Shown here one piece after another: positions 12,432-25,646 of a DNA stretch of 64,000 nucleotides. The notes beneath the pieces are model-generated. The model saw nothing but the letters and a program-made list of their open reading frames with translations, was not told the origin of the DNA and made no database searches. Made by a program: the position numbers and the translations under genes. Location: contig CM119371.1 of NCBI GenBank assembly GCA_051294905.1, positions 2,976,001 through 3,040,000 on the forward strand, written 5' to 3'. The first letter of the stretch is position 1. Each line of letters opens with the position of its first letter. The stretch comes from Botryllus schlosseri. Lineage: Eukaryota.

Positions 12432-13399
12432 CTATACGTAGGGCAATCCTATTAACTTAAGAATTTCGGACAATCATCCGTGCGCGCATTTTCCAATAAG
12501 ATCAATGTTTTCGTGATGTAACGATGCGTTTGGATAATACCCACACCGAACTGCGATGATCTAAATCAGTGGTGTCCAAGAAACCGAATGATTAGTAATA
12601 TTCATAGGCCAAATTATACCAACTCTAGTGGCAGAATGTGCGCACTGAGTTCACAGGTTTGTGTAAAAATGTATCGCAAAGTAGTTCTTCGTAGCTGCGA
12701 AAACGCAATGCAAAATCGTTATATACAGGTCACACGGAGATTAAAAAAATGACAAAATATGGTGTCAATATCTGTTTTCGCAGCGCTATGTCAGTTTTGG
12801 GTCAAACGGTCCCTGGCCGCTACAGAAACCTGAAACAGGATTCAATATTGATGAACCAATTTCCAACGTCACTGTTTGGAGGTAAATCTATCTTAATTCC
12901 CACAACGTATAGTCATGGCTAACGCCAGACCGGAACTGTAACAACAAGAGAGCGTAGAAGCATACCAACTTATACCGTCGTTTGGGACACTGCTTTGGCA
13001 GTTTATGTATCTATTCAACTCAGAACTCGTACTTTTGCCAAATTGATTGTTTGCGAATAAAAGAGATACTAGTTTAGAACCCATATCATTCGTCAAATAG
13101 TGTAATATACTATCTTGTACACTGGCTTCATAATAAAGTAGTACAGTGGCAAAATAGGGCATTGGATTTGAGGTAACATTTTGGAATAATTCGACTGGTC
13201 TAGCCAACGAGCTATCTGTAGGTTCGAATCCAGACTGTACGCAAGTTGAGTTTGACTCCCCCAATTTCAATCCTACTCTCATATCATGACTCCAGCATTA
13301 AATAGGAAATATGTCTGAAGATGGAAAAACTAGTATTCGATGCACGATGCGATTTTAGTTGACGAGTAAGCTATTCTGCTTTTTTCTCCTGTGACCTGT

Positions 13400-13580
13400 A
13401 GTCCACCGCTGGAAGTCACACTACTTATAGTGGACGGCCTTAACCCTTACGAGGTGGGGCCATATTTTGCAGAATTGACCTTCACTTTTCAAATTCTCAG
13501 CGTGACCCCACCAGGTCTTGAATCTGGGCCGTTCCAGTTTACAAGTGGGCGGAGTATAGCCCTCTACCGATTCCGCCCTT
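13400..13580 (-). mobile_element. probable tRNA-derived SINE
   Basis: Degenerate A-box (GGAATCGGTAGAG) and B-box (AGATTCAAGACC) followed by a non-tRNA body; no cloverleaf. Confidence 0.45.
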
Positions 13581-14759
13581 GATCGACACCCCATGACATG
13601 TCTGAGGTTTTTTAATAAGTTTAAATAAACAAGCTTTTCCCCAAAAAATATCTCTCTCTCTCTCAATTTTCAAGGCTGACACTCAGGCTGGCGTCAGAGA
13701 GAGGAATTTGATGCTTCAGTGCGTAGCCACTGTTGCCTGGTTTCAAACAAGCCGTCAACCATGGTTGTAAACCGCGCGGTTCGTCACATATCGAAAAATG
13801 GAAAATACATATAAAATTTACAAATGGGCGTGGTCAGTGAGTTGTCATCAAGGTCAAGTTCATGATCAAGACTCAATCGGCCCCTACAGTCCGGTTTATG
13901 GCATAAAACAACGCGATATGCTTTCTTCTGTCATATCCAACCATTTGCAGGCCTAGTAAACCTGTTTATGACTCATATGCCGACTGAATTTGCACTTGAA
14001 CTTGACCTAGATCTTGAAAATCACTGAAGCGTGACCAAAATTTACAAATCCCCCTCAGAAAACTCTCCAGAAAACGTTTTGATGTTTGAAACGGTGAAAA
14101 GTTAGACAGAAAACCGTACATGTCGACTTCTGATGTTCTGGCAGATTTTCCGACAATATTTACCACTCGGAAAATATCCGGAAGTTTTAGGTGATAAGCA
14201 TATTTTATTTTATTTTTAATTTTTTGTTTATTTTTACCAGCCAAAATTTTTGAGTAAGGTACCAAATACATCGGAAAAGTCTCAGCTTTTCAAAAAAACG
14301 TAGTTTGAGCAGCTGTCATTTTCATAAACAGTCGAATAAAAAGGTGGCTGGTAGATAATTGTTACATTGTGTGGTTGAATTTTCGGTTGCAAATTAATTT
14401 AAGATTCAATTTGCTCGCAGTGGAAAAATATTGTGATTTTTTTTTTACAAATTCGTATACTCAATTTGCCCCAATTTTGTGGGAAAATTGAGTATACTGT
14501 CTAAATTGTACTTGAAGCAAGCCTTATCCCCACATTATACCCAAATGACCCATTGTATGGGAAAACTGAGTATATTTACATGTTTTTAAAAAAGAAACTG
14601 GAACAAGATCTCCTATTGTTGCTTAAACAGAAATTTTTTTGGGAGGAACAGCAGAACGAAATAATCAGATGTCAAAGTTTCACTAAATGTTTGGATTCAA
14701 ATCAAATTTCACAATCCCTCTTCTTTCTGAAATTGGTGCTTTCACTTTGAAAATTACTT

Positions 14760-15427
14760 CATGAATGAAATGGAAAATATTCTCCACATGAAATTGATGT
14801 CATCAATGTTTCAGGGATAGAAAAATATGCAACCCGTTGGTTGATGCTATATTCATACCAAACAAAAAATTATGTTCGAATGTTTCACCGCCACCTATCA
14901 TATTTTCCACCTGCCCCAGAAACTTCGTCTGTATTGTATAACGAGCCAATCCAACTCGTTGATATCATTCCTCTTTCTGAACTGTTTCAAATTCCCCCAG
15001 TCCATCTCAGAACTGTACTTAGAGTGGCTACTTCCTCCTCATAATCGTCACTGACCACAACTTCATTGCTCTTGCGTTTTAGCTTTCATACATTCTCCTC
15101 ATCCTAAAGTCTGGTCATGCTTTCTTCTGATGTCAGCACCTCACCAGTTATGGCCTGATCAAGTGAACATGCCTTGTTTTGGCATTATGACTAGCTAAAG
15201 TAGTAATTGCCCGAGTCAAACTTTTCATCTAGTCACTTTCGTCAACTGATTCTTGCTCTTGGGGCTACAATTTTCTGTGTTGCTTTAATTAACTTTGTTA
15301 GAGTGCTTCATAGGGAATCCCAGACTCTATTATAACAGCTCTTTCCTGTCTTACTTTCTTTGATGGCCTGATCTAATTCATGTGGTGCATATTTAGGGGT
15401 TCGCTTCTTCTTATAATACCTGAGCAT
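14760..15427 (-). pseudogene. decayed pogo/Fot1-like transposase relic (HTH_psq N-terminus and PHD-like tail, DDE core absent)
   Basis: MLRYYKKKRTPKYAPHELDQAIKESKTGK..GIPY resembles pipsqueak; GEVLTSEESMTRL resembles the post-DDE motif; many stops and frameshifts; flanked by repeated GTATACTCAATTT motifs (14450-14580, 15540). Confidence 0.55.
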
Positions 15428-16177
15428 GTCTGTTACTGTTTTAACTCTCTAATTGTGAAACAAAATCAGAATAACAAGATTCAAAAGAGTATCTACAACC
15501 TCTCTGATGATAGTGCAACAAAAAAAGTTCTCATTTAGTAGTATACTCAATTTAACCCACCCCTAATTTATACTATACCCGAATCACCCCAAAAAAATAT
15601 TCTTCAAATTAAAACTTTCTCTTACCACCATTGACAAAATGCATTGCCATACCTTGTAGTATGATCAACTATCACAAACTTAAGCAATATTTGGATATGC
15701 AACAACCATTTTTATGCTGTCTGCAAAGAAGTTGAAAAGTGGCGTCAAAAATGAAAAAAAAATTCACAAACTTTCAATTCCACGTGGAAGCTATAATCGG
15801 CCTTTGATAAAAATGGTTATTAGTCTTATCTAGAGCTTACATAGTGAGCTAATGAATAAACGCAGAACTGCCGAATTTAAAGCAGATATGTTGAGAAAGC
15901 AAAAGTTTTTGTCGAATGTACTCAAATTCCCCTACCTACTCAAGTTCCCCTACCCCCCCCCCCCCCCCTACCCGATGTCTAGGGCGTGTCAACATGGAGA
16001 AATCGGTGTCGGAGACATGCCATATCATATATGATACGCCCACTTCGTAAGGGTTAAACTCGCATTCTGATTATACGGTCCATGGACATGGGACTCGCTC
16101 GAGCCAGACATGTGACTTGTCATAGCCTATACCTACCGAGCGACATATCAATCCAAGTGTTTTATGCTTGAACTCAC

Positions 16178-16482
16178 TTGTATTCTTTTTTCCAGACTCC
16201 CGGTAATGATTGCTAAAAGCTCATCATTAATGTTGCAGTTGTTTAAATCCAAGCGATCCAGACTTTCACTCCTTACTGCAAGCGATCCGACGATATGAGC
16301 CTCATCGCGAGACAGCGAGATGTCAGATGCATCGATATCGGAAATTTGTCTCATAAGATCGGCGTCTCCTGATTCATAGATTGCTGTATACAGTTCCATG
16401 CGAACGTGCTTGTCCTTTTTCTTCTTGAGTTGCGAACGAATTGATCCACCAAGAATTTGTCTTTTCAGTGACCGATTTGAGA
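16178..16482 (-). CDS. NLR exon: HD2 end plus ribonuclease-inhibitor-like LRR
   Basis: ELYTAIYESGDADL...SLDRLDLNNCNINDELLAII. Acceptor ttgattgacag|, donor CAA|GTGAGT. Phase 1 start matches the NACHT exon (A+TC=Ile); ends phase 0. Confidence 0.9.
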
Positions 16483-17630
16483 CTGTCAATCAAAAAATGC
16501 ACTTCACTATATCATATTACAATCGAGAGAAACAACAGTTTTCCCTAAGGCACAGCCATGTGGTAGAATGGAAGGCGTACTTGCTCACAAATGTACGCCT
16601 GTTTTCACAACGATACAATGAATCCATGACGTATGTCATTGTTGTAAAATATAGATCCTAAAGGCGAACCGTTAAAATTTCCAATTGCCTGTCGCAGATT
16701 TTCCGGCTGTCTACGTATGCGACTTTATGTACGCAGAACGACAGAATATGATACAGTTCAGATTGGATTGATCTCTTACTGCATTGTGACAATAGTGCGA
16801 TAGAGCATGAATTCAATAAGCTTGCTGGATCCGTACCCACCATATTGTAAAGCGTGAGATATTGATTTTCTACATTTAAATTAATCGAAATTCTTTTGCA
16901 ACTTTGCAAAATATATAATTATTACCACTATTGAATGTAAACATGGAATGGCAACGAAAAAATGGCCAATTACGTTGAGTGATTGTTCGGAGCAATGAAC
17001 GATCACAGCTAATAACCTGGACTCAAAGCCTAGGACTCAGCTCACAATTGAATAACTCTTATACTTAAAATATGACACGACCAAACTCGCTTATGAAGAC
17101 GGATAATTCATAGCCTTGTGTTCAATGGGAGTTTTCTTACGGATTCATATTTTATCATAAGATTTTGCAAGTAGCTCGCAAGCGTCTTTCGTCGTTATTT
17201 AGCTGGCAAATGAATGCCGGCAATCCAAGATGTGGTCTAACCATTAGGCTTATCAGTGTCAATGTCAGTTTGTTAAAAGAGTTATGTAGTATACCGGTAC
17301 TGCTTAAAAAATAGGAAAATCTGGCATAGACATGAAAAGTCTCAGTTAAAATATCAATGTAATATAATTTTGTTTTGCGGGTTTCGCAATGACCAAGTGA
17401 AAAATAGGGTTTTACTGCATTCTATCCACCTTGAAATTGAATCGATGTTATCGGTAAACGTATTCAGGAGATAAATATGATCCTTCTACATTGAATGAAG
17501 CGAATGCGTCGGGATAATTATGTGCTACTACGGTAACAGATGTCTCATAACTATCCATTTTATGGCTTTCAACGTCTTGAAAGTAGTAGGAATACGATCA
17601 CGAAAAACTATATTCTCTGATGAGACTCAC

Positions 17631-19073
17631 TTTCATAAATATTATCCGGTGTTTCGTCATAAATGAGGCCGCACACGAATCTGCGGACGACCGACCATCT
17701 CTCTTTGTGCAAGTGTTTAGAGTTGAAGCTCGTGAACTTTTTACGGGTCATTTCGACTACAAAGCCCGCTGCGAGGAATTCCTGGAGACTTTGATGGCAG
17801 AAGAAGAAAATAAAACTGCCATCTAACAGATTGCAACTGAGGAGGTTATTTCCTGGAACCTTCATCATGAGATCTCGAACTTCTTCTTTTGTAAGTCCGA
17901 ACTTCCTCAAATCATTTTCAGAAAATGTCACTCTCCCTTCTTCCATGCCGTGATATGACATCGCTTTCAATTTATTGATAACTCCGACGATAGCATCAGC
18001 TTGAGTAATATTTTTCACGCTGCTTAGATTGGATGTAATTTTTTTGTAGAGTCCTGTGACCGTCTTAGGAGGAGGTTCGTTCGGATTCTTGGCCATGATC
18101 ACTGCGGTTAAGACCAGAAAAACGGGAATAAAAACTAAATTGATCAGCCTTGGTGACATCGTTTCTATCTTCTCCCATGCTTCATCTCCATGCTGACGTA
18201 TCAGAAACACAAAAAGCTTCTTTGCATCATCTAGAGTCAGACCAGAAAGTGTGATGATGTCGGCAGGTCGAGCTTCCACTGGTAAATCCGAGACTTGGAA
18301 TTCTCGGGAAGTGATGACGATCTTTGTATCAGCGAGCAGATTACGCGAGAGGATGTTGTACATGATCGTTGCTGCGCTGGCGGCAGTATAAGGATTTATT
18401 TTCTCGTCGCCCTTGTTATCGATTTTCCACACAGCTTGATCCAAGCCGTCGAAAAATAAAACTGCTTTTGATTGATTTTGTAGCAACCACTGATATGCAC
18501 ATTCCTCGTTGGTTTCATCCGGAAAGAGGCCACCGAAGAGAAATTTAGATGGTTTGATGAATCCTTTATCTTGCATGCCTTTTATTTCTATATACCGTAT
18601 TAATCTGTACTTGAGCTGAGAGGGGCCTGCAATGGCGTCTGTATTTGCAAGTGAATGCCCTAAAGTCATTCTAGCGATTCTGCGCACAAGAGTGGTTTTT
18701 CCAGAACCCGCAGACGCAACTATGGCGGTGATAGAACTTTCCTTGTTGATAACTTGCTGCAAAACTTCATCTAGGTCGATGAATTTGTCGTCGTCAACTT
18801 TTTGTCTGAGGAATCCGAACTCTTTTCTGAATTGATTTTTCACAACCTCTTTCTTTTTCCAGAAGAATAATTTTCTTTTCATCGCAACTTCCATTCCGTA
18901 CACCTCTTCATAATTCCCTTTGAAATATTCTGATCTCATCACCAGCCTCATCTGGGGATTAACTTGGAAATCTGGTTGGCTGAGATCCTCATCAGCAAAG
19001 TCTTCAAGAATTTTATCAGCCGTCGTTCTTGACGAATTTTCATTGATTGATTGGATCAAATCTAAACACGAGT
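17631..19073 (-). CDS. NLR-family protein, NACHT NTPase exon (NBD-HD1-WHD-start of HD2)
   Basis: Lies in the 483-aa ORF. Walker A ASAGSGKTT, Walker B VLFFDGLDQ, sensor-1 IVITSR, GxP-equivalent IPVFL, winged helix FCHQSLQEFLAA, HD2 ERWSVVRRFVCGL. Acceptor ttatcttccag| at 19074 and donor |GTGAGT at 17630; phase 1-1. Confidence 0.95.
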
Positions 19074-20849
19074 CTGGAAGATAATATTGTTTTTGTATCG
19101 TTATATTTTACTTAAGGGATATGCTGGTGTTCCAGTGTTGATTACGTTTCTTCATGCTATCTCATGCAAAGACTTCTATATTCACAACATTCAGTATGAA
19201 GCAGTTAATCTTAACCAGAGTTATGTGTACCACTCGGGGATGCGCAACACCAAAGTATTCGGTACGGCATGGAATGCAGAATTATACGTCAGTTTGGGAT
19301 ATTTTTAAAATGTTGCTTTGCTGTATATCAATAACAATGGTTCTGAAACTAGGAACCAGCCCTCTTTGGAAAACATGAAAGCAGCGAAGTCACAGCGCGA
19401 AACCACCTCGGAGAAATAATGTTTCTTGAACTCAGGGTGAATTTAATTTGTGTTGACACTTGCAAGTTTAAACAACGGCAATAATCCCAATTATGGTAGA
19501 TTACGATTCAATAGTGATCACTGTAACATACTATCTATACACCAATGCTACACCTTGCACTGATAGCACATTTTATAGAATGCCACTTTGAATAAGCACA
19601 TTTTATGGCAGGTTAAAATTACAGTATCATGTTACTATTTCGCCGAAAAAGTGCGACCAGTAGAGAAATACCGCTCTAGGTATAGCCCTAATGTCACATT
19701 TGAGATGGGTCCCAACAGTTACAAAAAGCCATTGTTGACCTAAAACGAAAGATTTTACCCTACCAAATTAAAATAGCGACATTGTTTATCCTAGAAAACT
19801 TAATTTTGACGAAATTTTGATCTCATATATACAAATTACGGTAGGTGTTGTCGCATATTATGTTAGAATTGTACAAGTTATCTTCATTTCTGGTCGGAAC
19901 TGTCAGTCCTCACGAAGTAGTTGATCAAAAAAATTCTGACTTCAAGACTGACAAATTTTTACATGACAAAAAAAAATTATTTCAAACAATCCTGGACCTA
20001 TGAAGAATTCCAATAGTTGTATCACACATTATGGTAGAAATATTTACAATTTGTTGCAGTACAACGAAAAGTAGGCCTACTTTTCTATATTTTCGGGTTT
20101 AAAATGTCTAAGTAGCTATCCAACTAAGTAGCTTGCAAATAGTTGAGAAAGGCTATTCATCAGCAGCAGTTGTTGGCTGACAACACCACTGAAGTTGTGC
20201 GTACACTGCTGGTGACAAACCGTGTTGCTTCATTTTGGCAATGATGTCTACATCGCAATTTGTCATCAAGCTCTTCTTGATATAAGAGCCAATGCCCACG
20301 CACTCTCGCTTCAGTTAGGATATTGCGTTACGTTGAGCATAACACCATGTCAGCATATTTGTTTCATTTGATCGTTTATGATTCACACTGAGCAGACAAT
20401 GGGCCGTCTACAACGGTAGGCATATGAACTAGACTACAAGCTGTAAAATATCAAATGATAAGTTCACCGACAACGTAAACATCTATGATACAAACGAAAC
20501 ACAGGTTGCAAAAAATTCTAGCTACATTTTTGACAAAATTTTGACTTAATTTGTCACGTAAAAATATATCGCCTACGGTAGTTAAAAAATTCCATGCTAA
20601 TGATGCCATCAAGTAATGCAGTGGGATTGCAAAAATTATTGCGCCTGTTTATATTATTTTTTTGATTGGTCAAAATTTTCATTATCAAAAAAGGCGTCGT
20701 GTCTAAAAATTTAAGAATTGGAGGGTAGGTGAGAGAGAGTCTTTATTTTCATCCAACCGAAATACATAACACACGGCAGTGATGGTGGTACAGAAAATAT
20801 GCTTGCACAGTATTCGGTATTAGATAGGAATGATCGATAAGACCGTGAA

Positions 20850-21215
20850 GGTCATCTAGTCTGATCACACCAGCATCAAACAGGTACATTTGACTCTAAG
20901 CAGTCTGGCTGTAAAAATGGCTGTAAAAAAGGTTACAGTAGTTAAAAAATAAAATAGAAGAAAAATTAAACGATGGTAGCATATGATCAATGAAGCAATG
21001 TCTGGGCGAGGTAGGGCAACAGTGTTAGTGTAACGACAACAGATGATCAAGTAGGGCTTTTAACAATCTATTTTAAGATGTGGTGGGAATGCATTCCAGA
21101 TGATAGGTCCCGAGTAGTCAATAGATCTCTTAGTTAGGTTGCTATTGGGTGGGGGTAGTGTAGATATCTCCTTTAGACGAGGATCTCGTGTAGTGGGAGT
21201 GGACATTTTTGGCAG
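20850..21215 (-). mobile_element. 5'-truncated CR1/L2-type LINE 3' end
   Basis: HYTRSSSKG... then SNLTKRSIDYSGPIIWNAFPPHLK (21072-21143), typical of the post-RT C-terminal motif. Confidence 0.7.
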
Positions 21216-22530
21216 GTATGAGTGCCTCACCTGTTGTCACGGTGAGTAAGTGATTATTATGAAAACACACGATGAGTCTATGATTATTAATATTTTACAA
21301 CGATGTTAATAAATAACTAAATTTGAACATTTTTTCACACAACATCATCAATTTGCATAATTATTATTAAAAAATGCAGCGCGACAGGTGAGGTGAGGCA
21401 CGGGAGGGTCGTGTCTCACCTGCGACAACGCAATTCATAATAAATAGTTTGGAATTAATAATAACTGGTATCAATCAAATGCTATCGTCACACTGATTCC
21501 GAAAATACAATTATTAACAGTGTCAGAGCACCAGAACCCTACCAAAATCGCCAAGGAAGGTGTCATTCGGCTTTATTACAGAAAATTCCGCCGCAGAGAA
21601 ACAATGGTCAGGTGAGGCACACACGAATCTGCTTCATGCACTATTCGCTAACAATTGGACAATCGCAGCACAGTGAAACTATTGTGATTGTTCCATAGTA
21701 AAACGCGCCATTGATTCCGGAATCAAATTGATTGCAAAACTGCATTGCAGTATAATTTATTAACTTGAAGGATTTTCGTGTGCCCTTATCAAGAGTTACC
21801 GCCAGAATAAGAAGCGTACAGAAAGAGATTAAAACCAAAACCAGATTGGAAAATATGACGTAACATTGCAATAATAAAAAGGATCGCAAAATCAGTTGTA
21901 CCGGTAGTCATAATAAAGGAACAAGAGAAAATCGAATACAATACACGCAGACGTTGCAGACGATTAGCGGTATATATTAATGGAATATTTAAAGATTGTA
22001 TAGAAACTCTCTGTCATTCTTATTGTGTCGTTAACTCTTGATAAGGGGCACACGAAAAGTGTTTGAGTTAATAAATTATACTGCACTGAATGCAGTTCTG
22101 AAAGCACTATTCAAGTTCAGTTGAAGTTGATAGACCAGATGCTATGAGCCTGCGACCGGATAGTTGTTATGATAACCTAGATTTGATCCTGAATATAGCA
22201 TATACAATTATCATAACGTCAATTAGTCAAGTGGTCCTGGGGCACGACTCAAGCTATATCCAAAACTGAAGTCACATAACCCAAAAATACCGACTGGACT
22301 TCGAGCTGTTACCCCTTGTTTTTACTACCATCCTAGAATATAGGGAGCGCCAGACCCAGACAATATCCGTAAGGCGGCGGGGCAGGAAAAAAGGTTAAGA
22401 ACTACTGTACTATAGCCTCTACCATACTACCATGTGTGACTTTAGTTTAAATGTCTCTGTTGCTTTCACATATAATCTGTCCGAAACAAGTTGTGGGCTA
22501 CTTATGAATCGTAGCATACAACACTTACAC

Positions 22531-23251
22531 CAGGGCCGGCCAACCCGTGGCCCGCGGGCCACATGTGGCCCGCGAGAAGGTTTTGAGTGGCCCGCGAGGT
22601 AATGTCCGAAATTTGTAATATTATACAAGATGGATTCCACAGATTGTGAACTTGCGAGGCCAATCAAAAATTTGATTAGTCTGGCCGCAACACTTTAGAT
22701 GTGATGACCAAAATATCAGTTCCGACGCATTGGCAGATCCATGAGCTAGTCACATTTTGGTAGATCTTCGTACACTACAATATAGCAGAATAATTTGAGA
22801 TATATTTATCAAAACAAATTTTCGCGGAACATGTTGTCACTCGATTTCTTGCTGTAAATATTGTTACCCCTTTGTGAAAATGAAAAAACGTCTAATGTAT
22901 CAGATTGAGTCTAATTATATTCGCGATTACGAGACAAAGTGTTGTTCAACATATACGAACTTGCGTTTGCGCTAGCAGAAAGACAAAGACCGTCGACGAT
23001 GAAACCTATATAGGCACGAAATGATTGATGCATGTTGGTCGAAGCTTTCAATATCGATATGTCCAAGCGCCGAATAGTCGAGTCCTTGCAAACTGCGTCC
23101 AGCGATATACAGCAGGCCCGCAATACAGTCAAGTGACAATATTATTGACCCACGAACTTCGAAAATTTTTCGCGCTTCGCGCGGATGGTGGCCCGCGTGA
23201 CAGTTCGTCAATCGAATGTGGCCCTTTGGCCAAAAAGGTTGGCCAGCCCTG
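22531..23251. mobile_element. hAT MITE inserted at an exon/intron junction
   Basis: TIR CAGGGC(C/T)GGCCAACC; perfect TSD ACTTACAC (22523-22530, 23252-23259). Confidence 0.93.
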
Positions 23252-23257
23252 ACTTAC

Positions 23258-23297
23258 ACGAACACCCGAGGAAGACCACGAATTTGCTATTACAACC
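23258..23297 (-). CDS. candidate 40-nt 5' micro-exon of the NLR gene (GCNSKFVVFLGCS if phase 0; could be UTR)
   Basis: tttttttgcacag| acceptor and |GTAAGT donor; phase 0-1 fits the NACHT exon. Confidence 0.5.
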
Positions 23298-24033
23298 CTG
23301 TGCAAAAAAATGTCCTAAAATCCTAACTTATTTTTTTTAAATTAGGATCGAAAATTTTATTATATTTGGCGGTACCTCACCGGTCGACGGTTGAAAACCA
23401 CTAGTGTACAGTACTGACCCGGTACATAATGTACTGCTCATGCAGGTTGTGTCCAATACATGGGTACTGGATTTTTTCCAGAAACTACATGCCATTTTCA
23501 GGCTGTATATTATACATGAGGGCGTAATACTGCATAGAAAATTACAACACCAACCAATAAACTAATAAATTTTATAAACGGATGATAACCTAGAACAATT
23601 TTTCAAAAGTAGGTGCTTTTGAGAGACGCGAGGGAAATAAAGTGTTGAACTTCCAGTACTATACAAGCAAAATCATTTAGTACACAGATACAATCTTCTT
23701 TAATACCACTGAAAAGTAGTGGGATACCGTTACTGATTACCTCTGGTCTAGTCTTTAGAGCGGCCGATGAAGATATGTTGAACTTGTTAATTGGGAGATG
23801 AATCGAAAAAGTTTGGAAAAACTGATCTAGATAGGAAGAGCATAGCAAAAATACATTATTGATAATCAATATGTTGCCAGTACTAAGCCCAGTAAAGATA
23901 TGGTGATTAGGGGTACGAAGTGATATTCATAGCCCGATTTCGTTTAAGCTTTTTGTCATATATTGATTGTTACTGGGTGATTCCATAGCAATTATACATC
24001 GAATGCTTGCGATGGTTCCGGAATAAAACCTAC

Positions 24034-24770
24034 AGAGTTGGGGCGACGGCATGCAAAATAAGGTCAAAAACATGCAAAATAAGGTCAGTCACATGCAAAA
24101 TAAGATCAGTCGCGACATGTAAAATAAGGTCAGTCCGCGCATAACTCCAAATCTGTAGCCTACTTCAATTCCAAATCCTACTCTTTTTCTTATAAAAAAT
24201 AAATTCACAATATATTTCCTGTATACTAGCATACTTTCGACATTGAAATTCCTTATCTAGCCTATATCTTAAATCTCAAGATGTTTCAATCACAAGATAA
24301 TCGTGACTATCTTGATTACGAAGTCAGTCGCAGTCGCATGTAGAATATTATTATCAGTCCGTGCATAAATCCAAATCCATACTATATAGTACTTTCATGA
24401 TTGACATTCCTAATCTATATCCTAAATCTGAAGATGTTTCAACAAAATATTATCAGACGATTATTACGACTTCGAGGTGACTCGCATGCAGAATATTAAC
24501 AGGCAGCGTATAAATCCAAACATTTACATCAAATCCAACTTTTTCCTATGCCACTGACCTTATGCTGCATCTGCATGTGGTGACTGACCGTATTTCGCAT
24601 GTCACTGACCTTATTTTGCATGTGACTGACCTTATTCTGCATGTAGCGACTGACCTTATTTTGCATGTGACTGACCTTATTCTGCACGTCGCGAGTGACC
24701 TTATTTTGCATGCGACTGTCCTTATTTTGCATGCGACTGACCTTATTTTGCATGTGATTGCACCAACCCT
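24034..24770. mobile_element. small foldback-like MITE with arms made of ~20-23-bp subrepeats
   Basis: About 4 copies of catgcaaaataaggtcagtc at 24050-24135 and about 10 inverted copies at 24550-24755; TSD not resolved. Confidence 0.7.
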
Positions 24771-24798
24771 CCTCCATAAAACAGCTTAACAAGCTCAC

Positions 24799-24838
24799 CT
24801 CGTCTCGTCTAAAGATTGAATGGAAGAATCTCTTGAAC
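24799..24838 (-). CDS. candidate 40-nt 5' micro-exon of the NLR gene (FKRFFHSIFRRDE if phase 2; could be UTR)
   Basis: ttattttatcaccag| acceptor and AG|GTGAGC donor; no ATG. Confidence 0.45.
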
Positions 24839-25646
24839 CTGGTGATAAAATAAGCTCTGGGCTAGAACCTGCTTAGAACACGACAATTCTCAAAAACAAG
24901 TCATCAACGTAAAATTCAAATATTGTTAGTGTAATTGTGTCTACAAAAAATTGCAAACGCTACGGTAGTTTCAAGAGGAACAAATCGCCTACTTCTGACT
25001 ACGATACACATTACTGTAACAACTCCAAAAGTACCATATATATTTACTAACGTCTCATTTGCTTAGCATTCAGTGGTACCGTATAGCTTTCATATGACAC
25101 GGTTAATGAAAATTTGAAGGTTGACGAAATGAAAGGGGTACTCATCAGTGAATTCTTACAAACTTCGGCTATCGGTATATTCTCGATTTAGGGCAGGGGA
25201 AAAAATCTCACACTCGGTCACATTAGTATGACGAACCAGATATCGGCGTCACCGCATGTAACCTAAAATAAACAGCGATGTTCCTTCCAATCTACTAATC
25301 CAAGTTATGCGCGTTTTAACTTTATGAGGCATATTTCTCAATCGCCCTCTTCTGACTCATATCACTAGTCCTCCCTAACATTTTGTTATATCCTGGCTAT
25401 TATTGGAAAAAGCTTCTGACCCCGACTGCAGATCAGTCTCCTTCACTACAGCACCAATCCTGTCGTATATTTTTCTGAGGAAACTGCTGTCCGCACTCCG
25501 CAGTCCGCAGGTTGATGATGTTGTTGTTGCCGGTACGATGCTCTCGAGTTATTGCATTATGACGTAACAAACTTCACAGAGCGTTTAACCTTAGGTCATG
25601 GGAAAGTGAAGCGGCGACCATTCAAGGGTGCCTTTATTTTGTGCTA

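Noticed and set aside
12440-12565. LRR-looking frame IIAVRCGYYPNASLHHENIDLIGKCAHG*
   Set aside because: In-frame TGA with no usable donor before it, and the acceptor lies at a MITE edge. It could be a dead exon but is not supportable.
15952-15969. Long poly-C run as a functional G4 element
   Set aside because: Homopolymer length is unreliable in assemblies and it lies at a decayed transposon end.
23740-23830. Candidate NLR 5' exon within ORF 23603-23869
   Set aside because: Its phases (1-0) do not help the model and there is no recognisable domain.
24529-24798. Repetitive ORFs (MQNKVSH..., HVTDLIL...)
   Set aside because: They are translations of the foldback MITE subrepeats and are open on both strands only because the unit lacks stops.
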